Assembly (NCBI GenBank): GCA_032128375.1
Contig: JAQBGU010000188.1
Span: forward strand, 96,001-160,000
Direction of reading: 5' to 3'
Length of the DNA stretch: 64,000 bases
Origin: Deltaproteobacteria bacterium
GTDB lineage: Bacteria > Myxococcota_A > UBA9160 > SMWR01
Shown here in pieces: positions 55,401 to 64,000 of the stretch. Made by a program: the position numbers and the translations under genes. Numbering within the stretch: the first letter of the stretch is position 1; the number at the start of each line of letters is the position of its first letter. Below the pieces are notes generated by a model. It saw only the letters and a list, made by a program, of their open reading frames with translations, had not been told where the DNA came from and ran no database searches.

Positions 55401-57304
55401 AAATCGATCCCGAAGTGGACGTGTATCGCGTCGTCGGGATCGGCGACATGTCGGGTGACGTTTTCGGAAATGGACTGCTGCTGATGCGGAACGCCATGCT
55501 CATCGCGGCGTTCGACCATCGTCATATCTTCATCGATCCCGATCCCGATCCGCAGGTTGCTTGGAAAGAGCGAAAGCGCCTCTTCGATCTACCGCGGTCG
55601 AGCTGGTCCGACTACGACGTCCAACTGATCTCCCGCGGCGGAGGTGTGTTCTCTCGTTCAGCGAAGCGCATCGAAGTGTCAACACAGGCACGCGAGAAGC
55701 TCGGACTCGATGCAGCGACCACGACCGGTCCCGATCTCGTGCGCGCGATCCTTTCCGCCCCGGTTGATCTGCTCTGGAATGGCGGCATCGGAACCTACGT
55801 CAAGGCCAGTTACGAAAGCCATTTCGAGGCCGGCGACCGTTCGAACGACGCCGTGCGGATCGACGCGAGAAGCCTCCGAGCGCGAGTCGTCGGCGAGGGA
55901 GGCAACCTGGGCTTGACGCAGGCGAGTCGCGTCGAAGCGGCCCTCGCAGGCATCCGGCTGGACTCCGATGCGATTCACAACTCGGCGGGCGTCGATCTTT
56001 CGGACCACGAAGTCAACTTCAAGATCCTGCTCGCCCCCCTCGTACAATCGGGTGCACTGAGCGATGAAATGAGATCGGCTCGCCTGTTCGAGGTGGCCGA
56101 CGCCGCTTGCGAGTCGGTGCTCTCGCACAATCGCGCGCAGTCCCTGGCGATTTCCCTCGACGAGGTGCGCTCGCGACGCGATCTCGAACCCTTCCGATGG
56201 GCAATCGAGATGCTGTGCGGCGCCCCGGACGCTTCGCCCGCGGAACTCCGCCTGCCGGACAAATCGACTCTCGAGCTTCGGCATGCTGCCGACCTCGGAC
56301 TCACGCGACCGGAGATCGCGGTGTTACTCGGACTCGCAAAACTTGATTTGCGCCTCTCGCTGGCGACAGATCCCCTGGTCGATTCGCCGGGCCTGGAGTC
56401 CCTTTTCCGGGACTACTTTCCGCCCGCGCTTCGCGGCGCGTTCCCCGATGCACTGCCTGGACATCGTCTGCGTCGGCAGGTGACGGCTCTGGCGGTCGCC
56501 AATCGCATTGTCGACGCGGGAGGAGTCAGCGCGATTTCGAACCTGGTGGCGAGGCGGGGGATTGGGATCCCGACCGCCGCGGCGGCCTGGCTCACGGCAG
56601 ACGAGATCCTGGATGGCGCTCGCCAGCGCCTGTCGCTACTCGCGTTGCGCGGACGCGTATCTTGCGACGCGATCTACGAGGCACTGTTGGTGCTCGATGA
56701 AGCCGTGCGTGACGTGGCTCGCTATCTGATCGCCGAGGACCTGACCGCTTTGTCCCGCGAGCGCGCGCAGGCCTGGCGTGAGGATCTGTTCAACCTGAGT
56801 GATCACTTAGCCGATTTCCTGTCGAGCGGCGAACGGGTGCGCTTCGCGAAACGCCTGGCAGGGCTGGTCGATGCCGGGATTCCAGCAGATCTTGCCGGGG
56901 TACTCGCCGGAGGGCCACTGGCAGACCGCGGTCTCAACATTATTCGACTCGTGGAGAGCACCGACCGGTCTCCACTGGAGCTGGCGGCCGCCTACGCCCG
57001 ACTCGGCGATCAAAGTGGCATCAATCGAGTCTACCAGAGCTTGCCACTCGCGCGGTCCGCGGACGACTGGGATCGCATCCTGTTGATCGATCTGCGTACC
57101 GAAATCCTTTCGCTGCAACGCGACCTGACAGAGTCGGCGGTCGCGGGTCAGTCCGGTGATGCGCTCGCGGCGGTCGACGCTTTCCTACGCGAGCATGAAG
57201 CTGCTATTGAACGCGCGCGGGCGCTCGAACCCGGGGCACGCGCGGCACGTTCGGCAAGCGCGCTCGCCGTGGTGGCGCAGGCGCTGATGCGGTTGCGTGA
57301 ATGA
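52442..57304 (+). CDS. gdhB: Large NAD-specific glutamate dehydrogenase
   Basis: 1620 aa; RGGLRWSDR, KNGLIVPVGAKGGF, DPYLVVAADKGTA, GIGDMSGDVFGNG, LWNGGIGTY, EGGNLG, NSAGVDLSDHEVN. Confidence 0.93.
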   Translation: MGDFERVRSASELLSRMRGAALASGDVEARIDRLLESGDSGARNAELEAGEIFGRFTRAFLKGAGERVFRTHTSEGLLTASRTAFAFAASRAAGEQLVRLSSPAELPGRSVIEILQDDRPFLVDTVRLFLRSYHLREQLLLHPTLPVTRNTQGVLDSVASIAEADVQRAILESFIYVEVFPRLDDARSQELTTRLREVMHWVANVTADHARMIQAVREIEANVEFAGHADGVTADRVAKICRFLDWLVEDHFVLMGVRHYDVRTVDGALTVAIRRDSGLGMWRDDHTSRFREVQRGADLPVGLLRAIEDPRIIQISKGWVESRIHRAGRLDRIFVKEHDEAGNISGFHTISGLFTFRALRTPSSQLPLLAERLEQILESERTPVGSHRHKALVTAFDSAPMEFLFGADVGHNATLVREIVEAEGAEEPSVVLQTDAGGRSFYAAIIMPRERYGEALRRGIRRLFELSPSVGYIDDRVSFLEEGTALIHFFCTLTSGDAPETERLEREVRRLASRWDDGLTDELIREYGPTEGGELAARYVDAFPEGLHMTTHPADALRDVVGLEALHRNGDAQIALFFERAQSKPETTMLRIYLHEARLLSDLLPIIDHFGIEVSDARLTHIAALDRPAASMHALHVLPLGGDQADLDGLVQRLGDALRAVLSGVVPSDMLNAMVLSAGLDWRQVDLLRSHIEYFNQIQVGLTRHFMCEAMLQNPLAARLLIAYHEARFAPGQTACVRDDREQELRVDFARYRDRVESLNEDRALGAIFELIHATLRTNFFATIDGTHRIAMKLDPSTLTDLLPPYPYREIFVHGPGFSGIHLRGGPVARGGLRWSDRLDDFRTEIIGLMRTQQLKNGLIVPVGAKGGFVLHTMGLTPQQARAEADAKYEIFISALLDVTDNVDAQGRVTSPPGVVCRDGDDPYLVVAADKGTAHLSDTANAIALRRAFWLGDAFASGGSVGYDHKKYAITARGAWECVRHHFEELEIDPEVDVYRVVGIGDMSGDVFGNGLLLMRNAMLIAAFDHRHIFIDPDPDPQVAWKERKRLFDLPRSSWSDYDVQLISRGGGVFSRSAKRIEVSTQAREKLGLDAATTTGPDLVRAILSAPVDLLWNGGIGTYVKASYESHFEAGDRSNDAVRIDARSLRARVVGEGGNLGLTQASRVEAALAGIRLDSDAIHNSAGVDLSDHEVNFKILLAPLVQSGALSDEMRSARLFEVADAACESVLSHNRAQSLAISLDEVRSRRDLEPFRWAIEMLCGAPDASPAELRLPDKSTLELRHAADLGLTRPEIAVLLGLAKLDLRLSLATDPLVDSPGLESLFRDYFPPALRGAFPDALPGHRLRRQVTALAVANRIVDAGGVSAISNLVARRGIGIPTAAAAWLTADEILDGARQRLSLLALRGRVSCDAIYEALLVLDEAVRDVARYLIAEDLTALSRERAQAWREDLFNLSDHLADFLSSGERVRFAKRLAGLVDAGIPADLAGVLAGGPLADRGLNIIRLVESTDRSPLELAAAYARLGDQSGINRVYQSLPLARSADDWDRILLIDLRTEILSLQRDLTESAVAGQSGDALAAVDAFLREHEAAIERARALEPGARAARSASALAVVAQALMRLRE

Positions 57305-57788
57305 AGGACGCAACTGTCGGAGCAGACGCACAACGCACGGCTGAACGGCTCACACCTCGTTGCCCAAAGACAGCCAGTTCTCCCAACTACGCGGCGGGAC
57401 CACGCAGCATGATTGGCCGGCGCACAAGAAGCGGGGCAGCCGCTAAGGAGAGGTCGTCCGAACTGGGCGCGAATTCCAACTTGGCGGCGCGAAAGTCGCC
57501 GGGGGCGCGCGCCCAAGAAAGGTGAGTTGGCCGCGCTCTAATTGAAGGATGCATTTCTGCCCGCACTCCAGTTGGCTTTCGTTCTGGCCGTCGATCAGAG
57601 GTGCCTTCAGGGAGGTGTCGGTGAGCGCGAACCCCCCGGTCACCATCAGGTGCTTCGGAGTCGCACGGATCCAGGGACTGGTAACGGGCATGTCGGACAT
57701 CGAATGGCATTCTCGTCATGGTGGCGAATCGCACGTCGGTCGATCCGTTGACCATGCTGAGCCGTCCGAACCTTTGGATGCGATGATC

Positions 57789-58610
57789 CTACTGTGGCTT
57801 CGCTGAGCAAAGCAGCGGGGCCGGATACTCCTTGGAAAGGCAGCCCTTCCACTCGGGCGGCCGCTTCTCGAGAAATGCGACGGTGCCCTCGCGCGCATCA
57901 GGGTGTCTGGTCGTCATCCGGAAGAGCTTCCCTTCGCGTTCACGCCATTGATCGAGATCGATACCGATGCCTTCCCAGATCAGATGTTTGGCTATCGCCA
58001 CGGGCAACGGGGCCGCATTCACGGCGATGTCGCGCGCGAGGTCCATCGCGGCCGGCAAGACCTCCGCGGTCGGAAATGCCTGTGTCGCTACACCATATGC
58101 AACGGCTTCGTCGCCGAGAAAGGTCCGCCCCGAGAGCAACAACTCCGATGCCCGCGAGAGACCGGCGAGACGCGGCAGGATCACGTGCGATGCCAGCTCG
58201 GGCAGCACACCGCGGCGAACGAAGGCGAAGGCGAGCTTCGCATCGGAAGCGACATAGCGGATGTCAGCTTGCAGAGGCCAAGTCAACCCTGCCCCCACCG
58301 CCGGACCGTTGATCGCCGCGATCACCGGCTTGCGTACCTCCATGGGCAGCATGCGACGGTACTCGCGCTCGACACCGCCCCAACCCGCCGCGAAGCCTTT
58401 GCCCGTGCCGAGGTCCGCCCCGGCGCAGAAGGCCCGACCGGCGCCTGTGATCACCACCACACGTACCGCGTCGTTGGCGTCGGCCTCCGCCATGGCATCG
58501 CCCATTTCGGCACCCATCTGCATCGTCATCGCGTTGAGCTTTTCCGGCCGGTTCAGTGTCACGAGCGCGATGCCATCGTTGACGTCGTAGAGGATCTGTT
58601 CGTAGTCCAT
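57789..58610 (-). CDS. Enoyl-CoA hydratase/isomerase (crotonase) family protein
   Basis: LNRPEKLNA, AFCAGADL, KPVIAAING, AFLEKRPP. Confidence 0.92.
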   Translation of the reverse strand: MDYEQILYDVNDGIALVTLNRPEKLNAMTMQMGAEMGDAMAEADANDAVRVVVITGAGRAFCAGADLGTGKGFAAGWGGVEREYRRMLPMEVRKPVIAAINGPAVGAGLTWPLQADIRYVASDAKLAFAFVRRGVLPELASHVILPRLAGLSRASELLLSGRTFLGDEAVAYGVATQAFPTAEVLPAAMDLARDIAVNAAPLPVAIAKHLIWEGIGIDLDQWREREGKLFRMTTRHPDAREGTVAFLEKRPPEWKGCLSKEYPAPLLCSAKPQ

Positions 58611-58646
58611 GATTAGCTCCTCGCGATTTTCGGGATCAACACAAGC

Positions 58647-59801
58647 TCATTCCGGCATCAGCAACACGCGCTTTGCGATGATGTTGCGCTGGACCTCGCT
58701 GGTACCGCCCCAGATCGAGTCAGCCCGCGTGATCAGCCATCTTTTCGTTCGCGCGATCTCGGTGGCCTCGAATCCCTCTCCGCTCCAACCCAGGCCTCGG
58801 TTACCGAGCATTTGCATCGCGATGTCCTGTTCGCGTTTGCCGAGCTCAGACCAGTAGAACTTGGACATCGAGGCGATCTGCCGGCCAGCCTGGCCGGCGC
58901 GGTTTTCCTCGGCGGCTCGCCGCATCGTCAGCGCGAAGGCCTGCGTGTCCAGTTCGTGTTGAGCGATGCGCTCGCGTAGCGCCGAATCTGCCAATTTGCC
59001 GTCACGCACGCCGAGCTGCTCGCGACCCAGATCGATCAAACCCTTTCGGCTCACTGCCGTGGCGCGGCCCTCCGGGTTGGCGACGCCCCGTTCGTGTTGC
59101 AGCAGATGCTTGGCCACCGTCCAACCGCCGTTGACTGGACCGATGACGTCGCGCGCCTTGGCGCGCGCGCCGTCGAAGAAGACCTGCGCGAAATGTTCGG
59201 AACCATCGATCAAGCGGATTGGAGAAACCTGTACACCCGATTGCTTCATCGGGAATAGAAGGAAGCTGATCCCATCGTGTTTGGGCGCGTCTGGGTCGGT
59301 GCGAACGAGGCAGAAAATCCAGTCGGCATGCGGCGCGCCGGTCGTCCAGATCTTCTGGCCGGTGACCACGTACTCATCACCCTCGAGTACCGCGCGGGTC
59401 TGAAGCCCTGCGAGATCTGACCCAGCGCCGGGTTCGCTGAAGCCCTGACACCAGATGATCTCGTGCCGGGTGATTCTTGGAAGATGCTCTGCCTTCTGTT
59501 CATCGGTTCCGAGCGCAAGGATCGTCGGACCGAGCATGCTCAGACCGAAGCTACCCGGAGCAGGTACCCGGATGTCGCGCATTTCCTTGGCGAGCGCTGC
59601 CTGATGCTCGTGATCGAGCCCTCCCCCACCATATTCGGTGGGCCACCCAGGGGCCGCCCAGCCCTTGCTTCCGAGCGTACGAACCCATTCATCGAAGAGC
59701 GCGCGAGAGAGCCTGTCGCGGGATCCTACCCGGATCTCCTGCGGACAGTTCGCCTTCAGCCACTCGCGAACCTCGCTTCGGAACGATTCAACCGATCTCA
59801 T
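58647..59801 (-). CDS. Acyl-CoA dehydrogenase
   Basis: WCQGFSEPGAGSDLAGL, GQKIWT, LLQHER, IWGGTSEVQRNIIAKRVL. Confidence 0.92.
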   Translation of the reverse strand: MRSVESFRSEVREWLKANCPQEIRVGSRDRLSRALFDEWVRTLGSKGWAAPGWPTEYGGGGLDHEHQAALAKEMRDIRVPAPGSFGLSMLGPTILALGTDEQKAEHLPRITRHEIIWCQGFSEPGAGSDLAGLQTRAVLEGDEYVVTGQKIWTTGAPHADWIFCLVRTDPDAPKHDGISFLLFPMKQSGVQVSPIRLIDGSEHFAQVFFDGARAKARDVIGPVNGGWTVAKHLLQHERGVANPEGRATAVSRKGLIDLGREQLGVRDGKLADSALRERIAQHELDTQAFALTMRRAAEENRAGQAGRQIASMSKFYWSELGKREQDIAMQMLGNRGLGWSGEGFEATEIARTKRWLITRADSIWGGTSEVQRNIIAKRVLLMPE

Positions 59802-59981
59802 GCGAGACCTCCCGGGTCGACGCCCGCAGTCGCAGTCGGAGACAGTATCATATGGCCAGCGCTCACCGGACGACCACGAGCGATCCCACTTCGTTGTGAT
59901 TTGTGATGAAGCTTGCCGCGATGAGCGGGTTTGCGCGCCCTCGTAGCAAGAACTTCAAAAAAGGTTGAGGGGAAGCAAAGA

Positions 59982-61121
59982 ATGGGACTGATCCTTTCCG
60001 ATGACCAGTTGATGCTCCGGGAGACCGCGAGGAGCTTCCTCGACGAGAAATCGCCCGTCTCGCGGATGCGCGAGCTTCGTGACTCCCAGGATAGGACCGG
60101 CTTTTCTCGCGCACTATGGAAAGAAATGGCCGAAATGGGTTGGTCGGGAATCATTTTCCCCGAAGAATTCGGGGGCGCGGGCATGGCCTATGGAGAGTTA
60201 GGCGTGGTGCTCGAAGAGTGCGGACGTGTTCTGGTGCCGGAGCCATTCCTGTCCACAGTTCTACTCGGTGGCAACGCGATTCTACTCGGTGGAAGTGATG
60301 CTCTGAGCAAGGACCTGCTGCCGGGTGTATGCAGCGGTGATCGCATACTCGCCATGGCCTTCCAGGAGCAGGGACGCTTCAACCCCTACGCGATTTCGAC
60401 TCGCGCACGGCGAGACGGAGACGGCTTCCGGATCGATGGCCAAAAGCAGTTTGTGCTCGATGCCCACGTCGCAGACCAGTTGATCCTGGTAACCCGAACG
60501 AATGGGGAGCCCGGAGACCGCGATGGACTCACGCTCCTCATCGTCGATGCCGGCGCTGATGGATTGACGGTTCGCCGCAATCACCTGATCGATGGTCGGA
60601 ACGCCGCGGACCTCACCCTCGATGGTGTAAGAGTTGCCGGCGAGCGAGTCCTTGGAAAAATCGATGCCGGCGCCGATCTTCTCGACGCCGTATTCGACCG
60701 CGCGGCGATCGGCCTCTCGGCCGAGATGCTCGGTAGCTTTGACGAAACGTTCGAGAGGACTCTGTCGTACCTGAAGACTCGGGAACAATTCGGCGTAAAG
60801 ATCGGCAGCTTCCAGGCGCTCCGCCACAGGGCGGCCGACATGTTCTGCGAGCTGGAACTCGCACGATCCGTGGTGCGTGAAGCCCTCTGGGCGTTGGACG
60901 AAGGCCGTGACGATGTGCCGCAGATGGCCAGCGCTGCGAAGGCCCGCTGCTCGGACGTCGCGAGCCAGATCACCAAAGAAGCGATCCAGATGCACGGCGG
61001 CATAGGCATGACGGACGAGGAAGAGATCGGCCTCTTTTTCAAGCGCGCGAAGGCCGCCGAGATGACTCTCGGTGACGCGATTTATCACCGAGACCGATAC
61101 GCGAGCCTTCGCGGCTTCTGA
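59982..61121 (+). CDS. Acyl-CoA dehydrogenase (short partner-subunit type)
   Basis: REQFGVKIGSFQALRHRAA, QMHGGIGMTDE; ATG 59982. Confidence 0.9.
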   Translation: MGLILSDDQLMLRETARSFLDEKSPVSRMRELRDSQDRTGFSRALWKEMAEMGWSGIIFPEEFGGAGMAYGELGVVLEECGRVLVPEPFLSTVLLGGNAILLGGSDALSKDLLPGVCSGDRILAMAFQEQGRFNPYAISTRARRDGDGFRIDGQKQFVLDAHVADQLILVTRTNGEPGDRDGLTLLIVDAGADGLTVRRNHLIDGRNAADLTLDGVRVAGERVLGKIDAGADLLDAVFDRAAIGLSAEMLGSFDETFERTLSYLKTREQFGVKIGSFQALRHRAADMFCELELARSVVREALWALDEGRDDVPQMASAAKARCSDVASQITKEAIQMHGGIGMTDEEEIGLFFKRAKAAEMTLGDAIYHRDRYASLRGF

Positions 61122-61328
61122 ACCGGCCTACCCTGCGTACTGTTTTCACCGGGTCGCCGGAATCAGCCCCCAATGCTCGAGAGTGTGGTTCCGCGAAGAC
61201 CAGACTGAGGCGGTACTTCGAAACAATACACGCTTGGGCTTCTCACAGCGATCTACCCGATGATCAGGGTCTCAGGAATCCGCGGTTCCTCTGTGTGAAG
61301 GAGAAACATCTCTGGCATCCTGACTTTC

Positions 61329-63623
61329 ATGGCCGACCGATCCCTACGCGCGCGCGCGCAGCAGTGGCTGCTGACGATGCCAAACTCGTTGGTTTTCTGT
61401 TGTGCCGTGTTGGTCAGCGGCCTTGCAGGTGCAGTGTTATTCGCGCGCTTCCACAGCGGGCCCGCGGAGGGTCAGGTCTATTTTTCGGACATGCTCGACT
61501 ACTACTACCCGATGACGGAGCGGGTGAGTGGCCGCCTCGCGGCGGGGCAGTGGCCGCTCTGGAACCCGTCGATCTGCGCTGGCATGCCGCTGCTCGCGAC
61601 CATGCAGGTAGGAGCGCTCTACCCCGGAATCTGGCTCTCGGTGTGGCTCGGCCCGCAGCTTGGGATGTACTGGTTGCTCGCGATCGAGTGTGCCCTAGGC
61701 GCGGCCCTCGCCTGCTGGGCGTGTCGCGCCGGCGGCCGCGGTCCCGGAGCTTGCGCGCTCGGGGGACTCATCTTCGCATTCAGCTGCCTGGTCGGGGGCA
61801 GCTGGTATCCCTCGACCACGGCAACCCTGTGTTGGATGCCCGGGCTGATCGTGGGGATCGAAAAACTCTCTCGACGCGCATGTCCAGGCGGTTGGAGCCT
61901 GCTCGCGCTGTTCACCGCTCTTCAGTGTCTCGGCGGCTTCCCGCAGTATCTCGCCTACTCGTTCTGGTTCGCGGGCCCCTACGCGGCCGTGCGTCTGGGC
62001 TCGGAGTGGTTCCGAACCGGGCTTCGCGAGGGCCTACGTCCGACGCTTGTGTGCTCTGCGCTGATGCTGAGTGCCGTCGTTGTCGGCGTTGGTATCTCGG
62101 CGGCACAGTTACTGCCCGGCTTGGAGCTCGTCTCACAAAGCGCGCGCCTCGACGCCTTGTCGCCCGACGAGGTCGGCTACATCAAAGCGACCAGCCTGGG
62201 ACAATTTTTCAAGAACGCGCTCAACCCGAGGCCAAAGCTGATCATTCCCGAAGGATTCGAAGGCGGCTACCTCGGCATAGCGACTCTCGCGTTGGCGGCG
62301 CTTGGTGCCGTTGCTCGTTGGCGTCGACCCGAGACATGGCTGTTGATTGTCGCCGGAGTCGTTTCGCTGATACTCTCCGGCGGCTACAACGCCGGCGGCC
62401 GCGAGCTCTACCAGGCTATTTCCACCATTCCGTTCATCGGTTCGTTTCGAACACCGGCGCGGCTCCGCTTCGTATGGTTCCTTTGCGTCCTCCTCCTTGC
62501 GAGCGACGGCTTCGCAGCCTTCGCCGATGGCTATCGCAGGTTGCGCGAGCAACACTTCACGGCAGTCTTTGCGTTCGCCGCAGCATCCGCCGTCCTCATC
62601 GCAGTAATCGCCTGGAACGCCGAGGGAGCACTGGAGCGCGCAGCCGCTTGCACACTTCTTCTGGCTGCAGCCTGGCGGCTCGCGAGTCGACGCGGCGCGC
62701 GAGCGGCCCTGCAGGTCGCCATGCTCGCACTGGTCTTCACCGACCTCTGGTTGGCAATCAAGCCCCACGGAATGCTGCCGCTGCCCGACCAGTTGATCAG
62801 CGGCGCCTACCAGCTGAAATCGGGCCATCGGATCGACGATGCCAGCCTTGCCGAATTGAGACGCGTGGCGGAGAACTACCGCGTGGAGCTGACGGGGTTC
62901 ATCCCCCACCTCGGCGTCGGCGCTGCGAACCGTCTACACAAGATCGCGTGCCTGGAGCCATTGATGCCGGCAGCTTGGCAGGGGCTGATGCACACCCTCA
63001 AACCCAACGCGGTGAAGGGCTTGGGTGGACGTCTAGGCCGCAATCGGTTCCCGACACTTCACGAAGTAGCCAGCGTCCGATTCAGCATCGGGCAACGCCA
63101 GGGCCGCGAGACGAGGACGGATACGAACCCCGACGCGCTTCCCAGAGCCTACGTGGTCGAGCAGTTCGAGATCGTCGACCAACAGACTGCATTCGAGCGC
63201 ATTCGCGACGGCGACTTCGACTTCTGGTCCGCGGTCATGCTCGAGCGGGCCCCCGAAGTACCCGGCTGGCGGACGCCGCTGAGCCCCGTGCGGGCCCGGC
63301 CTGCGACAATCGAGAACTACCAGGACGAATTCGTCGAGATTCGGGCGGCGACTCGAGAACACGCATTGCTCGTTCTCACCGATGGATTCTTCCCGGGATG
63401 GGTGGCCCGAATCGACGACGAGCCGACCAAGATCCTGCGCGCCAACGGCGTCTTCCGCGCCATTCATCTGGCGCCCGGCGATCACCGCATAACGTTCAGC
63501 TACGAGCCGCGGAGCTTCGCGTGGGGTCTGCGCATCAGCGCGGTTAGCTTCGCGTTGTGGGGCGGGGTTTGGCTCGGCTGGCCCGCTATCAATCGACGCC
63601 GAACCCAAGCGGCGGCCGCCTGA
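61329..63623 (+). CDS. YfhO-family membrane protein (GT-C fold)
   Basis: D..YYYP, PLWNP...GMP, many TMs, LPRAY, C-terminal PGWVARID...ANGVFRAI...GDHRITFSYEP. Confidence 0.82.
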   Translation: MADRSLRARAQQWLLTMPNSLVFCCAVLVSGLAGAVLFARFHSGPAEGQVYFSDMLDYYYPMTERVSGRLAAGQWPLWNPSICAGMPLLATMQVGALYPGIWLSVWLGPQLGMYWLLAIECALGAALACWACRAGGRGPGACALGGLIFAFSCLVGGSWYPSTTATLCWMPGLIVGIEKLSRRACPGGWSLLALFTALQCLGGFPQYLAYSFWFAGPYAAVRLGSEWFRTGLREGLRPTLVCSALMLSAVVVGVGISAAQLLPGLELVSQSARLDALSPDEVGYIKATSLGQFFKNALNPRPKLIIPEGFEGGYLGIATLALAALGAVARWRRPETWLLIVAGVVSLILSGGYNAGGRELYQAISTIPFIGSFRTPARLRFVWFLCVLLLASDGFAAFADGYRRLREQHFTAVFAFAAASAVLIAVIAWNAEGALERAAACTLLLAAAWRLASRRGARAALQVAMLALVFTDLWLAIKPHGMLPLPDQLISGAYQLKSGHRIDDASLAELRRVAENYRVELTGFIPHLGVGAANRLHKIACLEPLMPAAWQGLMHTLKPNAVKGLGGRLGRNRFPTLHEVASVRFSIGQRQGRETRTDTNPDALPRAYVVEQFEIVDQQTAFERIRDGDFDFWSAVMLERAPEVPGWRTPLSPVRARPATIENYQDEFVEIRAATREHALLVLTDGFFPGWVARIDDEPTKILRANGVFRAIHLAPGDHRITFSYEPRSFAWGLRISAVSFALWGGVWLGWPAINRRRTQAAAA

Positions 63624-63829
63624 GGCTTCTGCGCGTCTACGACGGCAGCTCTTCGCCATCGCAGGCACGAAAGTACAGGCCTTCAGAAGTTTGCCTATGC
63701 GCTGTTCGTTGACCGCCGATCTCGGTTGCGAGTACCCCTTGTATTCAGCCAACTGGCACGGTGTCTGGCTGGCGTTATTGATCGCGTCGAGTTTGCAGTT
63801 CGGCGACGAACGCCGACACCCCGCTTCGA

Positions 63830-64000
63830 TCAGCCCAATGGAATCGGGTAGAAAATTTCGAGGATCAGCCCCAGCACGAACAAGCCGCCGGCCATCCTCG
63901 TCAACGAGAACGCCCAGCCGGCGTACCACAGCGGCCAAATCGGGTAGCTGGGCGGCGCTTGCGCGGGAGGCGGTTGGTTGTAGATCTTCAGTACCTGCAC
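63830..64000 (-). CDS. C-terminal fragment of a membrane protein, probably UbiA/MenA-like prenyltransferase (5' part outside window)
   Basis: Not in ORF track; minus strand reads VQVLKIYNQPPPAQAPPSYPIWPLWYAGWAFSLTRMAGGLFVLGLILEIFYPIPLG*. Confidence 0.55.
   Translation of the reverse strand: MQVLKIYNQPPPAQAPPSYPIWPLWYAGWAFSLTRMAGGLFVLGLILEIFYPIPLG

Noticed and set aside
63033..63938. 301-aa minus-strand ORF as a real gene
   Set aside because: Overlaps the YfhO gene antisense; a different minus frame (63830..64000) gives a more protein-like membrane C-terminus

Overview
GC-rich bacterial chromosomal window, densely coding (about 50 CDS), with no rRNA, tRNA, CRISPR array or transposase/integrase that I can recognise. 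The gene content (heteromeric-type acyl-CoA dehydrogenases, an F420-type LLM oxidoreductase, PlsB, an octaheme cytochrome, several GT-C membrane proteins) would fit an uncultured Myxococcota/deltaproteobacterium-like organism, but that is only a guess. Most genes are housekeeping, lipid-catabolic or envelope genes (plsB, lacZ-type GH2, sucA, wecB, ychF-like, dapF-like, mtoX-like + SCO, fpg/nei, large NAD-GDH). The standout is a translationally coupled three-gene cassette at 13497-16281: queC, a divergent FmrO/ArmA/Rmt-family (16S m7G1405-type) methyltransferase, and an archaeosine-type TGT catalytic domain without the PUA region. It is a candidate uncharacterised 7-deazaguanine nucleic-acid modification system. 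Other oddities: a DapF with Ser at both catalytic Cys positions, an MtoX-like protein apparently lacking one TTQ tryptophan and an adjacent mauG, a 110-bp G-poor NAC microsatellite after ychF, a GST apparently starting at CTG, a decayed GNAT pseudogene and several short intergenic direct repeats. All family calls come from motif recognition by eye, not database searches.
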